In this document: positions 46,707 through 57,694 of the stretch, piece after piece
How positions within the stretch are numbered: the first letter of the stretch is position 1
Layout: each line of letters starts with the position of its first letter
Assembly (NCBI GenBank): GCA_963808235.1
Contig: CAWEEQ010000004.1
Coordinates: forward strand, 2,720,001-2,784,000
Source: an uncultured delta proteobacterium
GTDB taxonomy: Bacteria; Desulfobacterota; Binatia; Binatales; Binataceae
Length of the DNA stretch: 64,000 nucleotides
Direction: 5' to 3'
Position numbers and translations under genes: made by a program
Notes under the pieces: generated by a model
The model's input: only the letters and a program-made list of their open reading frames with translations
Databases searched by the model: none
Told to the model about the DNA's origin: nothing

Positions 46707-46969
46707 ATGGTTGTGATATTCTATATCATTGCCTCAGCTCTTTGCGCTGTGGTATTTCCCCAATCCGATGAAATTTCTGACCAATCGGGCGTACCCGCTG
46801 CGTTGCGCATACTTTCTGACGAGCCTTCCCTACTTTCAGACCGTCGCTCCGCGCGGCGGTGATTTTCGCCTCCAATCCGTTTCGCCCCGAGCCACTCGCG
46901 ATTAAACCGCCCGGAACTTCTTGTGCCCGCCGATGGCGGATACGGAAAAATTCCAATCTTTGATCAGTT

Positions 46970-48016
46970 ATGGATCAGACATTCACCAAGCAGAAAATCA
47001 AGGAGTTGCGCGGGCTGGTCAGCGAAGGCGATCGAGTCGGAATCCTCCTGCAGGATGATCCGGATCCCGATGCGATGTCGAGCGGGATGGCGCTCCGCGC
47101 AGTGCTCGGGCGCAACAAGCAGACCACACCTCTGCTATCGTTCAAGCCCGTCACCCGGCCGGAAAATCGGACGATGGTGCATCTGCTGGAAATCGAAATT
47201 CAGCCGGCCGATACCGAGGGACTGCGCGCGTTCGATAAGATTGCGATGGTCGACGTGCAGCCGCCCTACTTCGGCGAAAAAATCCCCCGCGCCGATATCG
47301 TGATCGATCATCATCCGGGCTACGAGGGCGGCAACGCGCCGTTCGAGGATGTCCGCTCCCGCTATGGTGCGACCGCAACCATCATGACCGAATACCTGGT
47401 CACCGCCGACGAGAAAATCAGCGAGCGGCTGGCGACCGCGCTGCTCTACGGAATCCGCAGCGACACGCTGGCCCTGTCGCGACGCGTCACTGACGACGAT
47501 CTGCAGGCGTTCACCCTGCTCTATCCGCTCGCCAACTACAGCCTGCTCCGCCAGATCGATCGTCCGGAACTGCCGATCAGCTTCGCGCAGATCCTGTCGC
47601 GCGCGATGAAGCGGATGGTGATCGAAGGCGGCTTGGTGGTGCTGAATCTTGGACGCGTCGCGCGCGACGATCTGATCGTGCAGATGGCCGACTTCTGCCT
47701 GCAGTTCGAGGGCGTGACGTGGGTGGCGGTCGCAGGCAAGCTCGGCAACAACCTCGTGATCAGCGTGCGCAACCATGGGATGGGTCGCCAGAATGCGGGC
47801 GAAGCGGTCAAGACTCTGTTCGGCGAGATCGGCAGCGCCGGCGGACATCGCAACATGTCCAAGGCGGTCATTCCTATCCGCGCATGGCGTCGGCGCGAAG
47901 GTAGCGCGCGCGATCTGCCGATCGAATCGCGGCTGCGCGAACTGTTCAGCGCGCAGATTAGCAAGGGTGACAGCGACGAGGCCCGCCCGGCCACGACCGC
48001 GCGCAACGGCAACTGA
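46970..48016 (+). CDS. DHH-family phosphoesterase (NrnA-like)
   Basis: DPDPDAMSS, VD, IDHH, GIRSDT and AGGH. Confidence 0.9.
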   Translation: MDQTFTKQKIKELRGLVSEGDRVGILLQDDPDPDAMSSGMALRAVLGRNKQTTPLLSFKPVTRPENRTMVHLLEIEIQPADTEGLRAFDKIAMVDVQPPYFGEKIPRADIVIDHHPGYEGGNAPFEDVRSRYGATATIMTEYLVTADEKISERLATALLYGIRSDTLALSRRVTDDDLQAFTLLYPLANYSLLRQIDRPELPISFAQILSRAMKRMVIEGGLVVLNLGRVARDDLIVQMADFCLQFEGVTWVAVAGKLGNNLVISVRNHGMGRQNAGEAVKTLFGEIGSAGGHRNMSKAVIPIRAWRRREGSARDLPIESRLRELFSAQISKGDSDEARPATTARNGN

Positions 48017-48128
48017 CTACTCTGACCTGATTTCACGTTTTCACAGCGCGCGCGTCGCCGCGAATTGGCCGTTTACCGGTTATGCCAATTTCTCTATCGT
48101 AGTTAGTACCCATGCTTGATCTGCTGCG

Positions 48129-49583
48129 ATGAGTCCGATTCGCGCCAAAATCTCCGCGCTCGATTTCCTGGCCCCGATGATCGTCGGCTGCGCACTCTTC
48201 ATGGAGATGCTCGACGCGACGGTCATCTCGACCGCCCTGCCGGCGATGGCCAAGTCGCTGGGCGAGGATCCGATCAAGCTCAATCTCGCGATCACCTCTT
48301 ACCTGCTGAGCCTCGCGGTGTTCATTCCTGTGAGCGGCTGGATGGCGGATCGATTCGGCGCGCGCACCGTCTTCCGTTCCGCGATCGTGATCTTCACGAT
48401 CGGATCGGTGCTGTGCGGACTGTCAAATTCACTGCCGCAGTTGGTCGCCGCGCGTATTTTGCAGGGCTTCGGCGGCGCGATGATGGTTCCGGTCGGCCGT
48501 CTGATCGTTTTGAAAACCATCGCCAAGTCCGAGCTGGTCACCGCGATGTCTTACCTGACCGTGCCCGCAGTGTTGGGACCGGTGGTCGGTCCGCCGCTCG
48601 GCGGGTTCATCGTGACCTACTATTCGTGGCGATGGATTTTCTTCATCAACGTGCCGATCGGTCTCATCGGGTTCATGCTGGTCACCAGGTTCATCGCCAA
48701 TATCCGCGAGGATGATGTCTACCCGCTCGATCTCCCTGGCTTTCTGCTGACCGGCTTTGGGCTCGCCGGGTTGGTCTCCGGCTTCGAGTCGATCGGCCGC
48801 GGCGTTATTCCCGCGAGCATCACCATGTGCGTGATGGCCGTCGGCGGCGTCTGCATGGCGCTGTATATTCTTCACGCTCGGCGCATCGACAATCCGATCA
48901 TCGATCTCAGCTTGCTGAAAATCCCGACCTTCCTGGTCGCGACGCTGGGCGGCGGACTCTTTCGGATGGGGATCGGCGCGTTGCCGTTTCTGCTGGCGAT
49001 GCTTCTGCAAGTCGTCTTCGGCCTCTCCCCGTTCGCGTCGGGAATGCTGACCTTCACCAGCGCCGCCGGCGCCTTGTTCATGAAGGCCACCGCGACCCCG
49101 ATCATCCGCCGCCTCGGCTTCCGCTCGGTGCTGATCTCCAACGGCGTGCTGAGCGCATTCATCATGATGAGCTACGCGCTGTTCCGTCCGACCACCCCTC
49201 ACTTCCTGATCGTGATGGCTCTCCTGTCAGGAGGATTCTTCCGCTCGCTGCAATTCACCGCGCTCGGAACCCTGGCCTATGCTGACGTGCCCAACCCATT
49301 GATGAGCAGCGCCAGCACGCTCTCGAGCATGGCACAGCAACTGTTCCTCAGTCTCGGCGTAGCGCTCGGCGCGATGCTGCTGCATGTGAGCTTGCGCGCT
49401 AGCGGGTCGTCTCATCTGTCGACGCATGATTTCACTCCGGCCTTCGTCGTGATGGGAGTGCTCGCCCTGCTCTCGTCGATCCTTTTCCTCCCGCTGGAGC
49501 GTCACGCGGGCGATGAGGTCAGCGGACGCCGCGCCGGCGTCGAGCTATCTCACGCACCCCAGACAGTCCCGGAAGCGGATTGA
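48129..49583 (+). CDS. MFS DHA2-family efflux transporter
   Basis: FMEMLDATVISTALP, GWMADRFG, WRWIFFINVPIG and many transmembrane segments. Confidence 0.92.
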   Translation: MSPIRAKISALDFLAPMIVGCALFMEMLDATVISTALPAMAKSLGEDPIKLNLAITSYLLSLAVFIPVSGWMADRFGARTVFRSAIVIFTIGSVLCGLSNSLPQLVAARILQGFGGAMMVPVGRLIVLKTIAKSELVTAMSYLTVPAVLGPVVGPPLGGFIVTYYSWRWIFFINVPIGLIGFMLVTRFIANIREDDVYPLDLPGFLLTGFGLAGLVSGFESIGRGVIPASITMCVMAVGGVCMALYILHARRIDNPIIDLSLLKIPTFLVATLGGGLFRMGIGALPFLLAMLLQVVFGLSPFASGMLTFTSAAGALFMKATATPIIRRLGFRSVLISNGVLSAFIMMSYALFRPTTPHFLIVMALLSGGFFRSLQFTALGTLAYADVPNPLMSSASTLSSMAQQLFLSLGVALGAMLLHVSLRASGSSHLSTHDFTPAFVVMGVLALLSSILFLPLERHAGDEVSGRRAGVELSHAPQTVPEAD

Positions 49584-49639
49584 TCGCGTCTAAGTCGTTT
49601 ACCGAAGTCGCCGATACATTTATCGTAAGGGTCGTGAAC

Positions 49640-49906
49640 GTGGCGGAGGCGACTGTGGAGGTGAAGAATCGGCTCGGATTGCATCTGAGGGCCGCCTCCG
49701 CACTTGCGCAGACCGCCGCGCGGTTCGCGTCTCAGGTGATGATCGGGCGCGGAAAGAATCTGATCAGCGCCAAAAGTGTGACCGGCTTGATGATGCTCGG
49801 CGCCGCGCAAGGCTCTAAGCTGAAGGTCCGCGCGGAGGGCGCCGACGCGCGCGAGGCTCTCAAGGCCGTCCAGACCCTGTTCGACGACCGCTTCGGCGAG
49901 GAATGA
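49640..49906 (+). CDS. ptsH: Phosphocarrier protein HPr
   Basis: NRLGLHLRAAS (His15), SAKSVTGLMML (Ser46) and RFGEE. Confidence 0.92.
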   Translation: MAEATVEVKNRLGLHLRAASALAQTAARFASQVMIGRGKNLISAKSVTGLMMLGAAQGSKLKVRAEGADAREALKAVQTLFDDRFGEE

Positions 49907-50157
49907 CGGGTGATTTCGAGCGTACTGGGCGCTGCCTTCAGCGCGAGCATCTTGATTCTGTCCGATTGGTCAGTTATACCTTCACTACCTGAAAAACTCG
50001 GCGCGCGCTGCCGTCCTTCGTTAGTTGGCGGGCGCTATTCATTAGACTGCACTTGAATAAACCTGAATCGAAGTCCACAATGTCGCGCCGCCGCTAGAGG
50101 TTGATTCGCCTCTGCGGCGCATCTGCGCGGAGCCCATTTCCAAGGAGACAATCGCGA

Positions 50158-51345
50158 ATGCCGCTTAACGATTTCCTGTTCACGTCTGAGTCCGTCGGCG
50201 AAGGCCATCCGGACAAGATGTGCGACCAGATTTCTGACGCCGTCCTGGACGCCCTGCTCGCCGAGGATCCCGACTCGCGCGTCGCGCTCGAATCGCTCGC
50301 CAAGACCGGACTCATCGTGCTGGCGGGTGAGATCACCAGCCGCGCTCGTCCCGACTATGTGAAAATCGCCCGACAGACCGCGATTGATATTGGCTACAAC
50401 AGCACCGAGGTCGGCTTCGACGGGAAAAGCTGCGCAGTGCTTACCGCGATCGAGCCGCAGTCGGCCGACATCTCGCAGGGCGTCACCGAGGGAGAGGGGC
50501 TGCACAAAGAGCAAGGCGCCGGCGACCAGGGGCTCATGTTCGGTTTCGCGTGCGACGAAACGCCCGAGGTGATGCCGCTGCCGATCGCGATGGCGCATCG
50601 GCTGATGGAAAATCTCGCCAAGCTTCGCCGCAGCGGCAAGTTCGATTTTCTGCGCCCCGACGCCAAGAGCCAGGTCACCGTGCGCTACGTCGATGGGCGC
50701 CCGGTCGAAGTGACCGCGGTCGTTATCTCGACGCAGCATTCACCCGAGGCAAAGTACGAAAAGATCCGCGAGGCGATGATCGAGGAGTTGATCAAAAAGA
50801 CGATTCCGCAACAGTACCTCTCGCGCTCGACGGTGTTTCACGTCAATCCCACCGGCAGCTTCGTAATCGGCGGACCGCATGGCGATTGCGGACTGACTGG
50901 CCGCAAGATAATCGTCGACACCTACGGCGGTTACGGACGTCATGGCGGAGGCGCGTTCTCGGGCAAGGATCCGAGCAAAGTCGATCGCTCGGCGTGCTAC
51001 ATGGCGCGTCACGTCGCGAAAAATGTCGTTGCGGCAGGCCTCGCGACCAAATGCGAAATACAGGTGGCTTACGCAATCGGCGTGGCCGAACCCGTGTCGC
51101 TGTTGATCGATACGTTCGATACCGGCGTGGTTCCCGAGCATAAGCTCTCCGCGACACTGCGCGAGATGTTCGATTTCCGCCCGGCCGGAATAATCAAAAC
51201 GCTTCAGTTGAAGCGTCCGATTTACCGCGCCACTGCTGCCTACGGGCATTTCGGCCGCGATCCTCACGACGGGCTGTTCCCATGGGAGCGCACCGACATG
51301 GCGGAGACGCTGAGAAACGCGTTCGGTCTCAACGGCCGCGGCTAA
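50158..51345 (+). CDS. metK: S-adenosylmethionine synthetase
   Basis: [19 protein letters not shown] and GGGAFSGKD. Confidence 0.98.
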   Translation: MPLNDFLFTSESVGEGHPDKMCDQISDAVLDALLAEDPDSRVALESLAKTGLIVLAGEITSRARPDYVKIARQTAIDIGYNSTEVGFDGKSCAVLTAIEPQSADISQGVTEGEGLHKEQGAGDQGLMFGFACDETPEVMPLPIAMAHRLMENLAKLRRSGKFDFLRPDAKSQVTVRYVDGRPVEVTAVVISTQHSPEAKYEKIREAMIEELIKKTIPQQYLSRSTVFHVNPTGSFVIGGPHGDCGLTGRKIIVDTYGGYGRHGGGAFSGKDPSKVDRSACYMARHVAKNVVAAGLATKCEIQVAYAIGVAEPVSLLIDTFDTGVVPEHKLSATLREMFDFRPAGIIKTLQLKRPIYRATAAYGHFGRDPHDGLFPWERTDMAETLRNAFGLNGRG

Positions 51346-51394
51346 TCCAGCCGGCGCGCCCTCACCAGAAAAAAGTTTCGGAGTTTTGAATACG

Positions 51395-52711
51395 ATGGCC
51401 ACGTCTGCAAGAAAGCTCAAGGCAATTACCAAACACCGCACCAACGGAAACGGACGCGACTTCGACGTGCATGACCTCGGACTCGCCGAGGCCGGTCGCA
51501 AGCGGATCGAATGGGCCGACAAGCAGATGCCCGTCCTTCGCCGCCTGCGCGAACGCTTCGCCAAAGACCTGCCGCTCAAGGGGCAGCGCCTGGGCGCGTG
51601 CCTGCATATAACCTGCGAAACCGCCAACCTGCTCCGCACCCTGAAGGCGGGCGGTGCGGAAATCTTCGCATGCGCGTCGAATCCACTCTCGACGCAGGAC
51701 GACGTCGCAGCGGCGCTCGTCGATCAGTACGGCATCGCGACCTTCGCCATCCACGGCGAAGATCGTGACACCTACTACAGTCACCTGCGCGCCGTGCTCG
51801 AGCGCCGTCCGACGATCACGATGGACGATGGCGCCGATCTGGTTAGCCTGCTCCATACCGAGTTTGCCGACCAGGCCGACGAGGTCAAGGCGAGCATGGA
51901 GGAAACCACCACCGGCGTTATCCGCCTGCGCGCGATGGCGAAAGACGGAGCGCTCAAGATTCCAGTGGTCGCGGTCAATGACGCGCAGACCAAGCATCTG
52001 TTCGACAACCGCTACGGCACCGGACAGTCCACTCTCGACGGAATCATCCGTGCGACCGGCGTCCTGATCGCGGGCTCGGTGATCGTGGTGGCAGGCTACG
52101 GATATTGCGGACGCGGGATTGCGTCGCGCGCGCGCGGTCTGGGAGCCGACGTGATCGTGACGGAGGTCAATCCGATCCGCGCCCTGGAAGCCGCGATGGA
52201 CGGGTTCCGCGTGATGAAAATGATCGATGCGGCCAAGATCGGCGACATTTTCGTCAGCGCGACCGGCGACAAACACGTCCTCACCTCGGCTCACTTCTCA
52301 CTGATGAAGGACGGTGCGTTCCTCAGCAACTCGGGCCATTTCGATATCGAGATCGACGTCGCCTATCTCAACGACGCGGCCAAAAAAGTGGATCGCGACG
52401 TCACCCGCAACGTCGACGCGTATCATCTCTCGAACGGGCGCGTCGTGTATCTGCTCGGCGAAGGACGTCTGGTGAACCTCGCCTGCGCCGAGGGCCATCC
52501 CGCCCAGGTCATGGACATGAGCTTCGCGACGCAGGCGATGGCATCCGAATGGGTCGCCAAGGGCACGCAACTCCAGGTCCAGGTTCACGAAGTGCCGGTC
52601 GAGATCGAAGAAGAAATCGCCGCCGTAAAACTCGCCGCGATGAGCATCAAGATCGACACCCTCACCGCCGAGCAGCGCAAATACCTGGCAAGCTGGGAAT
52701 CCGGCACGTAA
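51395..52711 (+). CDS. ahcY: Adenosylhomocysteinase
   Basis: [26 protein letters not shown] and [12 protein letters not shown]. Confidence 0.97.
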   Translation: MATSARKLKAITKHRTNGNGRDFDVHDLGLAEAGRKRIEWADKQMPVLRRLRERFAKDLPLKGQRLGACLHITCETANLLRTLKAGGAEIFACASNPLSTQDDVAAALVDQYGIATFAIHGEDRDTYYSHLRAVLERRPTITMDDGADLVSLLHTEFADQADEVKASMEETTTGVIRLRAMAKDGALKIPVVAVNDAQTKHLFDNRYGTGQSTLDGIIRATGVLIAGSVIVVAGYGYCGRGIASRARGLGADVIVTEVNPIRALEAAMDGFRVMKMIDAAKIGDIFVSATGDKHVLTSAHFSLMKDGAFLSNSGHFDIEIDVAYLNDAAKKVDRDVTRNVDAYHLSNGRVVYLLGEGRLVNLACAEGHPAQVMDMSFATQAMASEWVAKGTQLQVQVHEVPVEIEEEIAAVKLAAMSIKIDTLTAEQRKYLASWESGT

Positions 52712-52929
52712 GCCACCGCGCGCGGAGAACTCAATAACCTCGGAGGTCGCACTTTTTCGGACGGTCAATCTTTCAGCCGGCCGAGAGCAAAAGACCGTCC
52801 GCGCTCTGTGGGCTGCTTTGCGATTGAATGGACACTGGGTGCAGGGGTCGTCACCCCTGCCGCCCCGCGCGTAGCGGTCCGAATGGCCACCCTTCCCCAC
52901 CCACTATTGCCCGATTCGAGGTTGCGACG

Positions 52930-53709
52930 ATGAAAGTGGAAAGAATCGATATCGAGCAGGCCCGCCACGCCAGCGGATTGCGAATCGTCACCCTCGCGCG
53001 CGTTCCCAGCCCGTGGGGCGAAGCTCTGAAGGGCATCCTGCACATCAAGCAAATCCCGCACGCGCGCGTCGGCCATGCGTTTGGCTCACCGACCAAGTCG
53101 CTTCAGGAATGGAGCGGGCAAGAGAGCTTTCCGGTCTTGGCATGGAATGACGAGCGTCCGCTCAGCACGTGGATCGAGCAGCTCTATCTCGCCGAGCGCC
53201 TTCAGCCGACGCCGCGCCTCATCCCGGAGCAGTTCGACGACAGAGTCCTGATGTTTGGTTATTGCAACGAGCTTTGCGGTGAGAACGGTCTAGGATGGAC
53301 CGAGCGGCTGCGCGGAGTACACGAGGCGCTCACGAAACCCGGTGGCGATCCGGCCGGCGTCTCGGCATATCTCGGCAAGAAGTACGGCTACACGCCGGAA
53401 ATCGGTGCGCGCGCCGCCGAACGAGTCGTTTCAATTCTGAATTCGTTCACGGCACGACTCGAGTCGCAGCGCGCTCGCGGGAGTCAATTCTTTGTCGGCG
53501 ACACGCTCTCCGCTCTCGATGTCTATTGGGCCGCGTTTACCAACATGATGAAACCGCTTGCGCCCGAGCTGATTCCGATGCCACGAAGGATTCGCGAGAT
53601 GTTCACGATCACCGAACCGACCATCGTCGCCGCGATGCCTCCGATACTGTTCGAGCATCGCGACTTAATCTTCAAGAACTACCTGGAACTGCCGGTGGAT
53701 CTGTCTTAG
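52930..53709 (+). CDS. Glutathione S-transferase-like protein
   Basis: PSPWGEA N-terminal motif, FPVL and FFVGDTLSALDVYWAAF. Confidence 0.75.
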   Translation: MKVERIDIEQARHASGLRIVTLARVPSPWGEALKGILHIKQIPHARVGHAFGSPTKSLQEWSGQESFPVLAWNDERPLSTWIEQLYLAERLQPTPRLIPEQFDDRVLMFGYCNELCGENGLGWTERLRGVHEALTKPGGDPAGVSAYLGKKYGYTPEIGARAAERVVSILNSFTARLESQRARGSQFFVGDTLSALDVYWAAFTNMMKPLAPELIPMPRRIREMFTITEPTIVAAMPPILFEHRDLIFKNYLELPVDLS

Positions 53710-53733
53710 TGGCGAGCGCCAGCGCGCTTCGGA

Positions 53734-55511
53734 TCAGCGCGCATGATGTTTGAGCTCGGCGTCTGGCGTCTCGTGAAGATAGTCGCCGGCCGCGAGGCCG
53801 CGCGGGTTGCGATCGCGGATCGCCGTCACCACGTTCTTCAGCGCCGCGATTAATTCGGTCTCGCTCAGGCGCGGATAGAGCACTCTCGCGAGCCGACTGC
53901 CGTCGCGAGCGCCGCCCACCATCAAGACGTAATCATTCTTGCCGTAGCCAACTATCCCAATCTCGGCGGTCGGCGGACGCGAGCAACCGTTGGGACATCC
54001 CGCCATCCGGATCATGACGTCCACATCGCCGAGGCCCGCGCGCTCGCAGTTCGGCGAGATAGCGCGGCAGCACCAGCTCTGCATGAGTCATCGCAAGTCC
54101 GCAAGTCGGCTTGGCCGGACACGCCATCGCCAGCCGTTGCAGCTTGGGTACTTCGGCCATCGAAAGGTACGCCATGTTCGGCAAGCGTCCGCTCGATCCA
54201 CTCGCGCTTTGCGCCTGGGACGTGCGCGAGGATCAGATGCTGGTTGGACGTGATACGCACGCCGACTTCCGAAATTTCTTCGACGATGCGCCGAATCGCG
54301 CTCCGATAACGAGCCTTCGGCTCGTCGCGCACTCGTCCACTCGGAATCATGATCCCAACGTAAAGATGGTCGTCCTCGCCTGCTTCCCGATGCCATCCCA
54401 AATGATCGCGCACCGGCGGCAGCGGCACAGGCTCAGCATCGGCGAGCGCGATTTCAAAGCGGTCGCGCAACATCTCTTTGACCGCATCCACTCCGAGTCG
54501 GCGAATCGTGTATTTCCAGCGCGCCGCGCGCCGGTTGCGACGCTCGCCATTCTCCCGCTGTATCGTCGCGATCGCGCGCACCGTATCGAGCACCTGGTCG
54601 CGCTGGACCACGCCCAGGTAGAGCGCGAGCAGCGGCATCGTGTCGGCCTGATTGTGCGTCATGCCCATACCGCCGCCGCTGTAGAGATCGTAGCCGGCGA
54701 CCTCGCGCCCGTTCACGCGCGGGATGAAGCCGACATCCTGAGTCAGCAGATCGACACTGTTGTCATGCGGATGCGCAAAACCGACCTTGAACTTGCGCGG
54801 CAGATATTGCGCGCCGTATATCGGCTCGTCCGAATTGAGCGGCGCGAGCTGTTCACCGTTGCGGTCGGTAAGGAACACCTGGTGGTAGGCCGAGCTGCGC
54901 GGCGCCATCTCGCGCGCCACCGCATGAGCCAGTTCGCGCGAGTCCAGCGGAAGATCGGCGTCCAGGTCATCAATCGGGCTCGCGACAGTATTGCGGTTCA
55001 CGTCGCCGCACGCGCCGAGCGTGGTCAGCTGGTAGCCGGTACCAGCGTGAATCGAGTTGATCGCTCGAATCATCCGATGCAGATTGTGCCCGCGCACGTA
55101 GTGGAATTGGATGCCCTGGCGCGCAGTAAGCCGGATGCTGCCGTCGGCATATCGCGCTGCAGCCGCGTCGAGCGCAAGCCACTGCGCGGGTGTGAGTTCG
55201 CCACCGGCCGGATTCTTCACCCGCACCATGAAGATGAAGTCGCCGTCTTTCTTGCCGCTCTCGTTGCGCTCGCGTTGTTTGTAGATGCCGAAATGCTTGG
55301 CGATTTCCTTGGCGTGCTCGGTGATCGTCTCGGCCTCGCGCGCGCTCAGCGCATCGATCTCAGAGCGCATCGTATGCCGGCTCTCGTGCGTCGAGTGGAC
55401 GTAAAAGAGACCGGCGCTCTCGTGCTTCAGGCGCTCCACGGTCGACATCTCTGCCGTGCTCGCGTTTACGAGCGTGATCGGCTCGCCATGATGGTGATGC
55501 TTGGATTCCAT
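53734..55511 (-). CDS. sir: Sulfite (or nitrite) reductase hemoprotein subunit, with two 1-nt frameshifts near 54165 and 54046
   Basis: RLTARQGIQF, GACGDVNRN and YLPRKFK. The siroheme/4Fe-4S ligands ACPAKPTCGLA and GCPNGCSR fall in successive frames. Confidence 0.88.
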
Positions 55512-55613
55512 TGCTGCGATTTTCAGTTAAAAGGATCGCGCGCCTCGACGCGAGACCCACTGGCTGGTAGCTGATAATAGCACGCGTTACGATTTGCACC
55601 GGAGGAGACGGAA

Positions 55614-56906
55614 ATGGCGGATCGTCACGATAGTCCCGATTTGCATTCCGAGCATCCGATCAGCGAAGCGTTGTCTCGCATCGCGAAGGAGCGCGGATGG
55701 ACCCCCGAGCTGACGCGCCGCGCCGCGGCGCTGCATGTGCCAATCGCCGAGCTGAATTCGTGGGGATGGACCGGCTTGTCGCTGGAACAGACCGCGGCAC
55801 AACTCGCGTGGTACGAGCGCCTGACCGTCGGTGATTTGCGCGGACGCGAAGCCGCATACACCGACAACGATTTGTTCTCCGACCTGTGGGCCGACTCGCC
55901 CGAAGAAATCGGCGAATGGGAGATCACCGTCGAGCGCGGACCCGACGCCTTCGCGCAGTTCAAGCTGCAGGAGAATGTGCATCTGCCGGTTCTCGCACTC
56001 GGGCCTCAACTCATCGCATGCTGCGGCTTCTCGCGCCGAAACGTTTTGATCGCCGGCCGGCGGGTGTCTGTGGTCTATGGACAGGCGCTGCGGGTGCGCC
56101 GCTCTGCCCGGCGGATGGGATACGGCGATCAGGTGCGGCGCCTGGGCGGCCCGCCGGGGATTGGACGGCCGGCCATCGGCCAATACGACATCATGCGCGC
56201 GCAGAACTTCGCGGTCGTAAGCTGGTGGCAGAAATTTGTTCCCGATAGCTTTGCGAACGTGCCTGTCCGCGACGGATCCGTGCCCGGTATCCCGGTCTCG
56301 GTCGCGCAGTTTCCGGCGCAAATCGGCGGCCAGCAAGATGCCGCTGTTCGTCCCGCCCGCCGCGAGGACCTCGACGCATGCGTTGAGCTGATCAATCGCA
56401 CTCATACTGGAACTGACCTCTTCCGTCCGTACAGCGTCGAGTCCCTGGAGAATACACTCGACGAAGGATTCTGGGGCGCCACGCCGGCAAGGACCGGCAA
56501 TGCTGCGATAGACTGGTGGGCAAGCATCTACGGCTGGCGCGATTATTTCGTGCTCGAAGAAGGCGGCCGCATCCACGCATGCGCGGGCCTATGGGATCGA
56601 GGTCGCGACGTGCGCGAGCGATGGCGCCGCGTCGGTGGCAAGGAAGAGCGCACCATCGCGAGCACCTGCGTCCTCGACTTCGGATTCGCGCAAGGAGCCG
56701 AAGCAGCGATGGCGCGCCTGCTGCGCACGCTCATCGCTCGCACCCATGAGCTCGGCCGCGACTATCTCTTGATTTCGCTCGATCACATGCCCAGGCTCGC
56801 GACCGAGACAGAGAGCCTCAAACCTGAGCTCGATACCAGGTCACTGCGATGGGTCATCAAGGATCCCGCAATCACGCGGCCATACACGGACCTGCGCTAC
56901 TGGTGA
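55614..56906 (+). CDS. Hypothetical protein, possibly tandem GNAT fold
   Basis: ALRVRRSARRMGYG (acetyl-CoA loop-like) and VRPARREDLDAC. Confidence 0.6.
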   Translation: MADRHDSPDLHSEHPISEALSRIAKERGWTPELTRRAAALHVPIAELNSWGWTGLSLEQTAAQLAWYERLTVGDLRGREAAYTDNDLFSDLWADSPEEIGEWEITVERGPDAFAQFKLQENVHLPVLALGPQLIACCGFSRRNVLIAGRRVSVVYGQALRVRRSARRMGYGDQVRRLGGPPGIGRPAIGQYDIMRAQNFAVVSWWQKFVPDSFANVPVRDGSVPGIPVSVAQFPAQIGGQQDAAVRPARREDLDACVELINRTHTGTDLFRPYSVESLENTLDEGFWGATPARTGNAAIDWWASIYGWRDYFVLEEGGRIHACAGLWDRGRDVRERWRRVGGKEERTIASTCVLDFGFAQGAEAAMARLLRTLIARTHELGRDYLLISLDHMPRLATETESLKPELDTRSLRWVIKDPAITRPYTDLRYW

Positions 56907-57694
56907 TCGGAACGCAATGCAGCCGGCGAGACTCGCACCGTCAGGACGTGAGGTCCGCGGAAATAGCTGTCAAATTCGCCGCCTACGTAATTCCAATTGT
57001 CACCCGGATTGAACCAGGCATCCATCTTTGGCATGAACGGCGCCAGCAGCAGATTCAAGATACCCAGGTCCGGGCGCATATCGAGGCGGACCAGATCGCC
57101 TCGATACAAGAGCCAGCGTTCCGGTCGATCCGGCGCCGACGCCTCGACGCCGAAGATCTCCGGTCCGGGCACGCATGCGAACGCATGAAATTTGATTTCC
57201 CGAATTCCACTGCGAAGGCTCGCGACGATCATCATCAGCTCGGACGCGCCGGCGAATGAATCGGCTGGCACATTGAGCCGTGACTTGCGCACCTTCATCT
57301 CGCCCGCCGCGTAGTTGGCGCATGAAGCGACCCCGGATTTGGTGTCGAGGGTGTCGACCATTAGAACGGTTCCATCGGCGTTGTAAAACGAGTGCTCGTA
57401 AGTGTCGAGCCTGAGCGTTGAATCAGAGGTTCCGACCGACAGCCGTTCGATTTCACTATCGCGCTCGCCATCGACGTATTTGCTCTCCCCCTTGATCACC
57501 TCGGCAGATTTCTCGCGCGAGGCTGTGAAACGAGTTGCGCCGATCGTTTGCTTGCCGTCCGGACTCAGAATCTTCAACTGGAGCGCATCGGAGTCGAAGA
57601 CGCCGGCCGGATTCGCAGCCGCATTCGTCCACATCGCAACGCTCCCAGCTATCGAGAATACGATTGCAAGAGTTGGGAAGACTCGGATCGTCAC
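56897..57694 (-). CDS. Exported hypothetical protein
   Basis: GTG start giving MTIRVFPTLAIVFSIAGSVAMW..AAA signal peptide. It appears fused to the upstream glycosyltransferase only through a probable indel. Confidence 0.65.
   Translation of the reverse strand: MTIRVFPTLAIVFSIAGSVAMWTNAAANPAGVFDSDALQLKILSPDGKQTIGATRFTASREKSAEVIKGESKYVDGERDSEIERLSVGTSDSTLRLDTYEHSFYNADGTVLMVDTLDTKSGVASCANYAAGEMKVRKSRLNVPADSFAGASELMMIVASLRSGIREIKFHAFACVPGPEIFGVEASAPDRPERWLLYRGDLVRLDMRPDLGILNLLLAPFMPKMDAWFNPGDNWNYVGGEFDSYFRGPHVLTVRVSPAALRSDHQ

Noticed and set aside
49907-50157. SAM/SAH riboswitch upstream of metK
   Set aside because: Only promoter-like hexamers and one GC hairpin are present. No SAM-I, SAM-II, SMK or SAH consensus was recognised.
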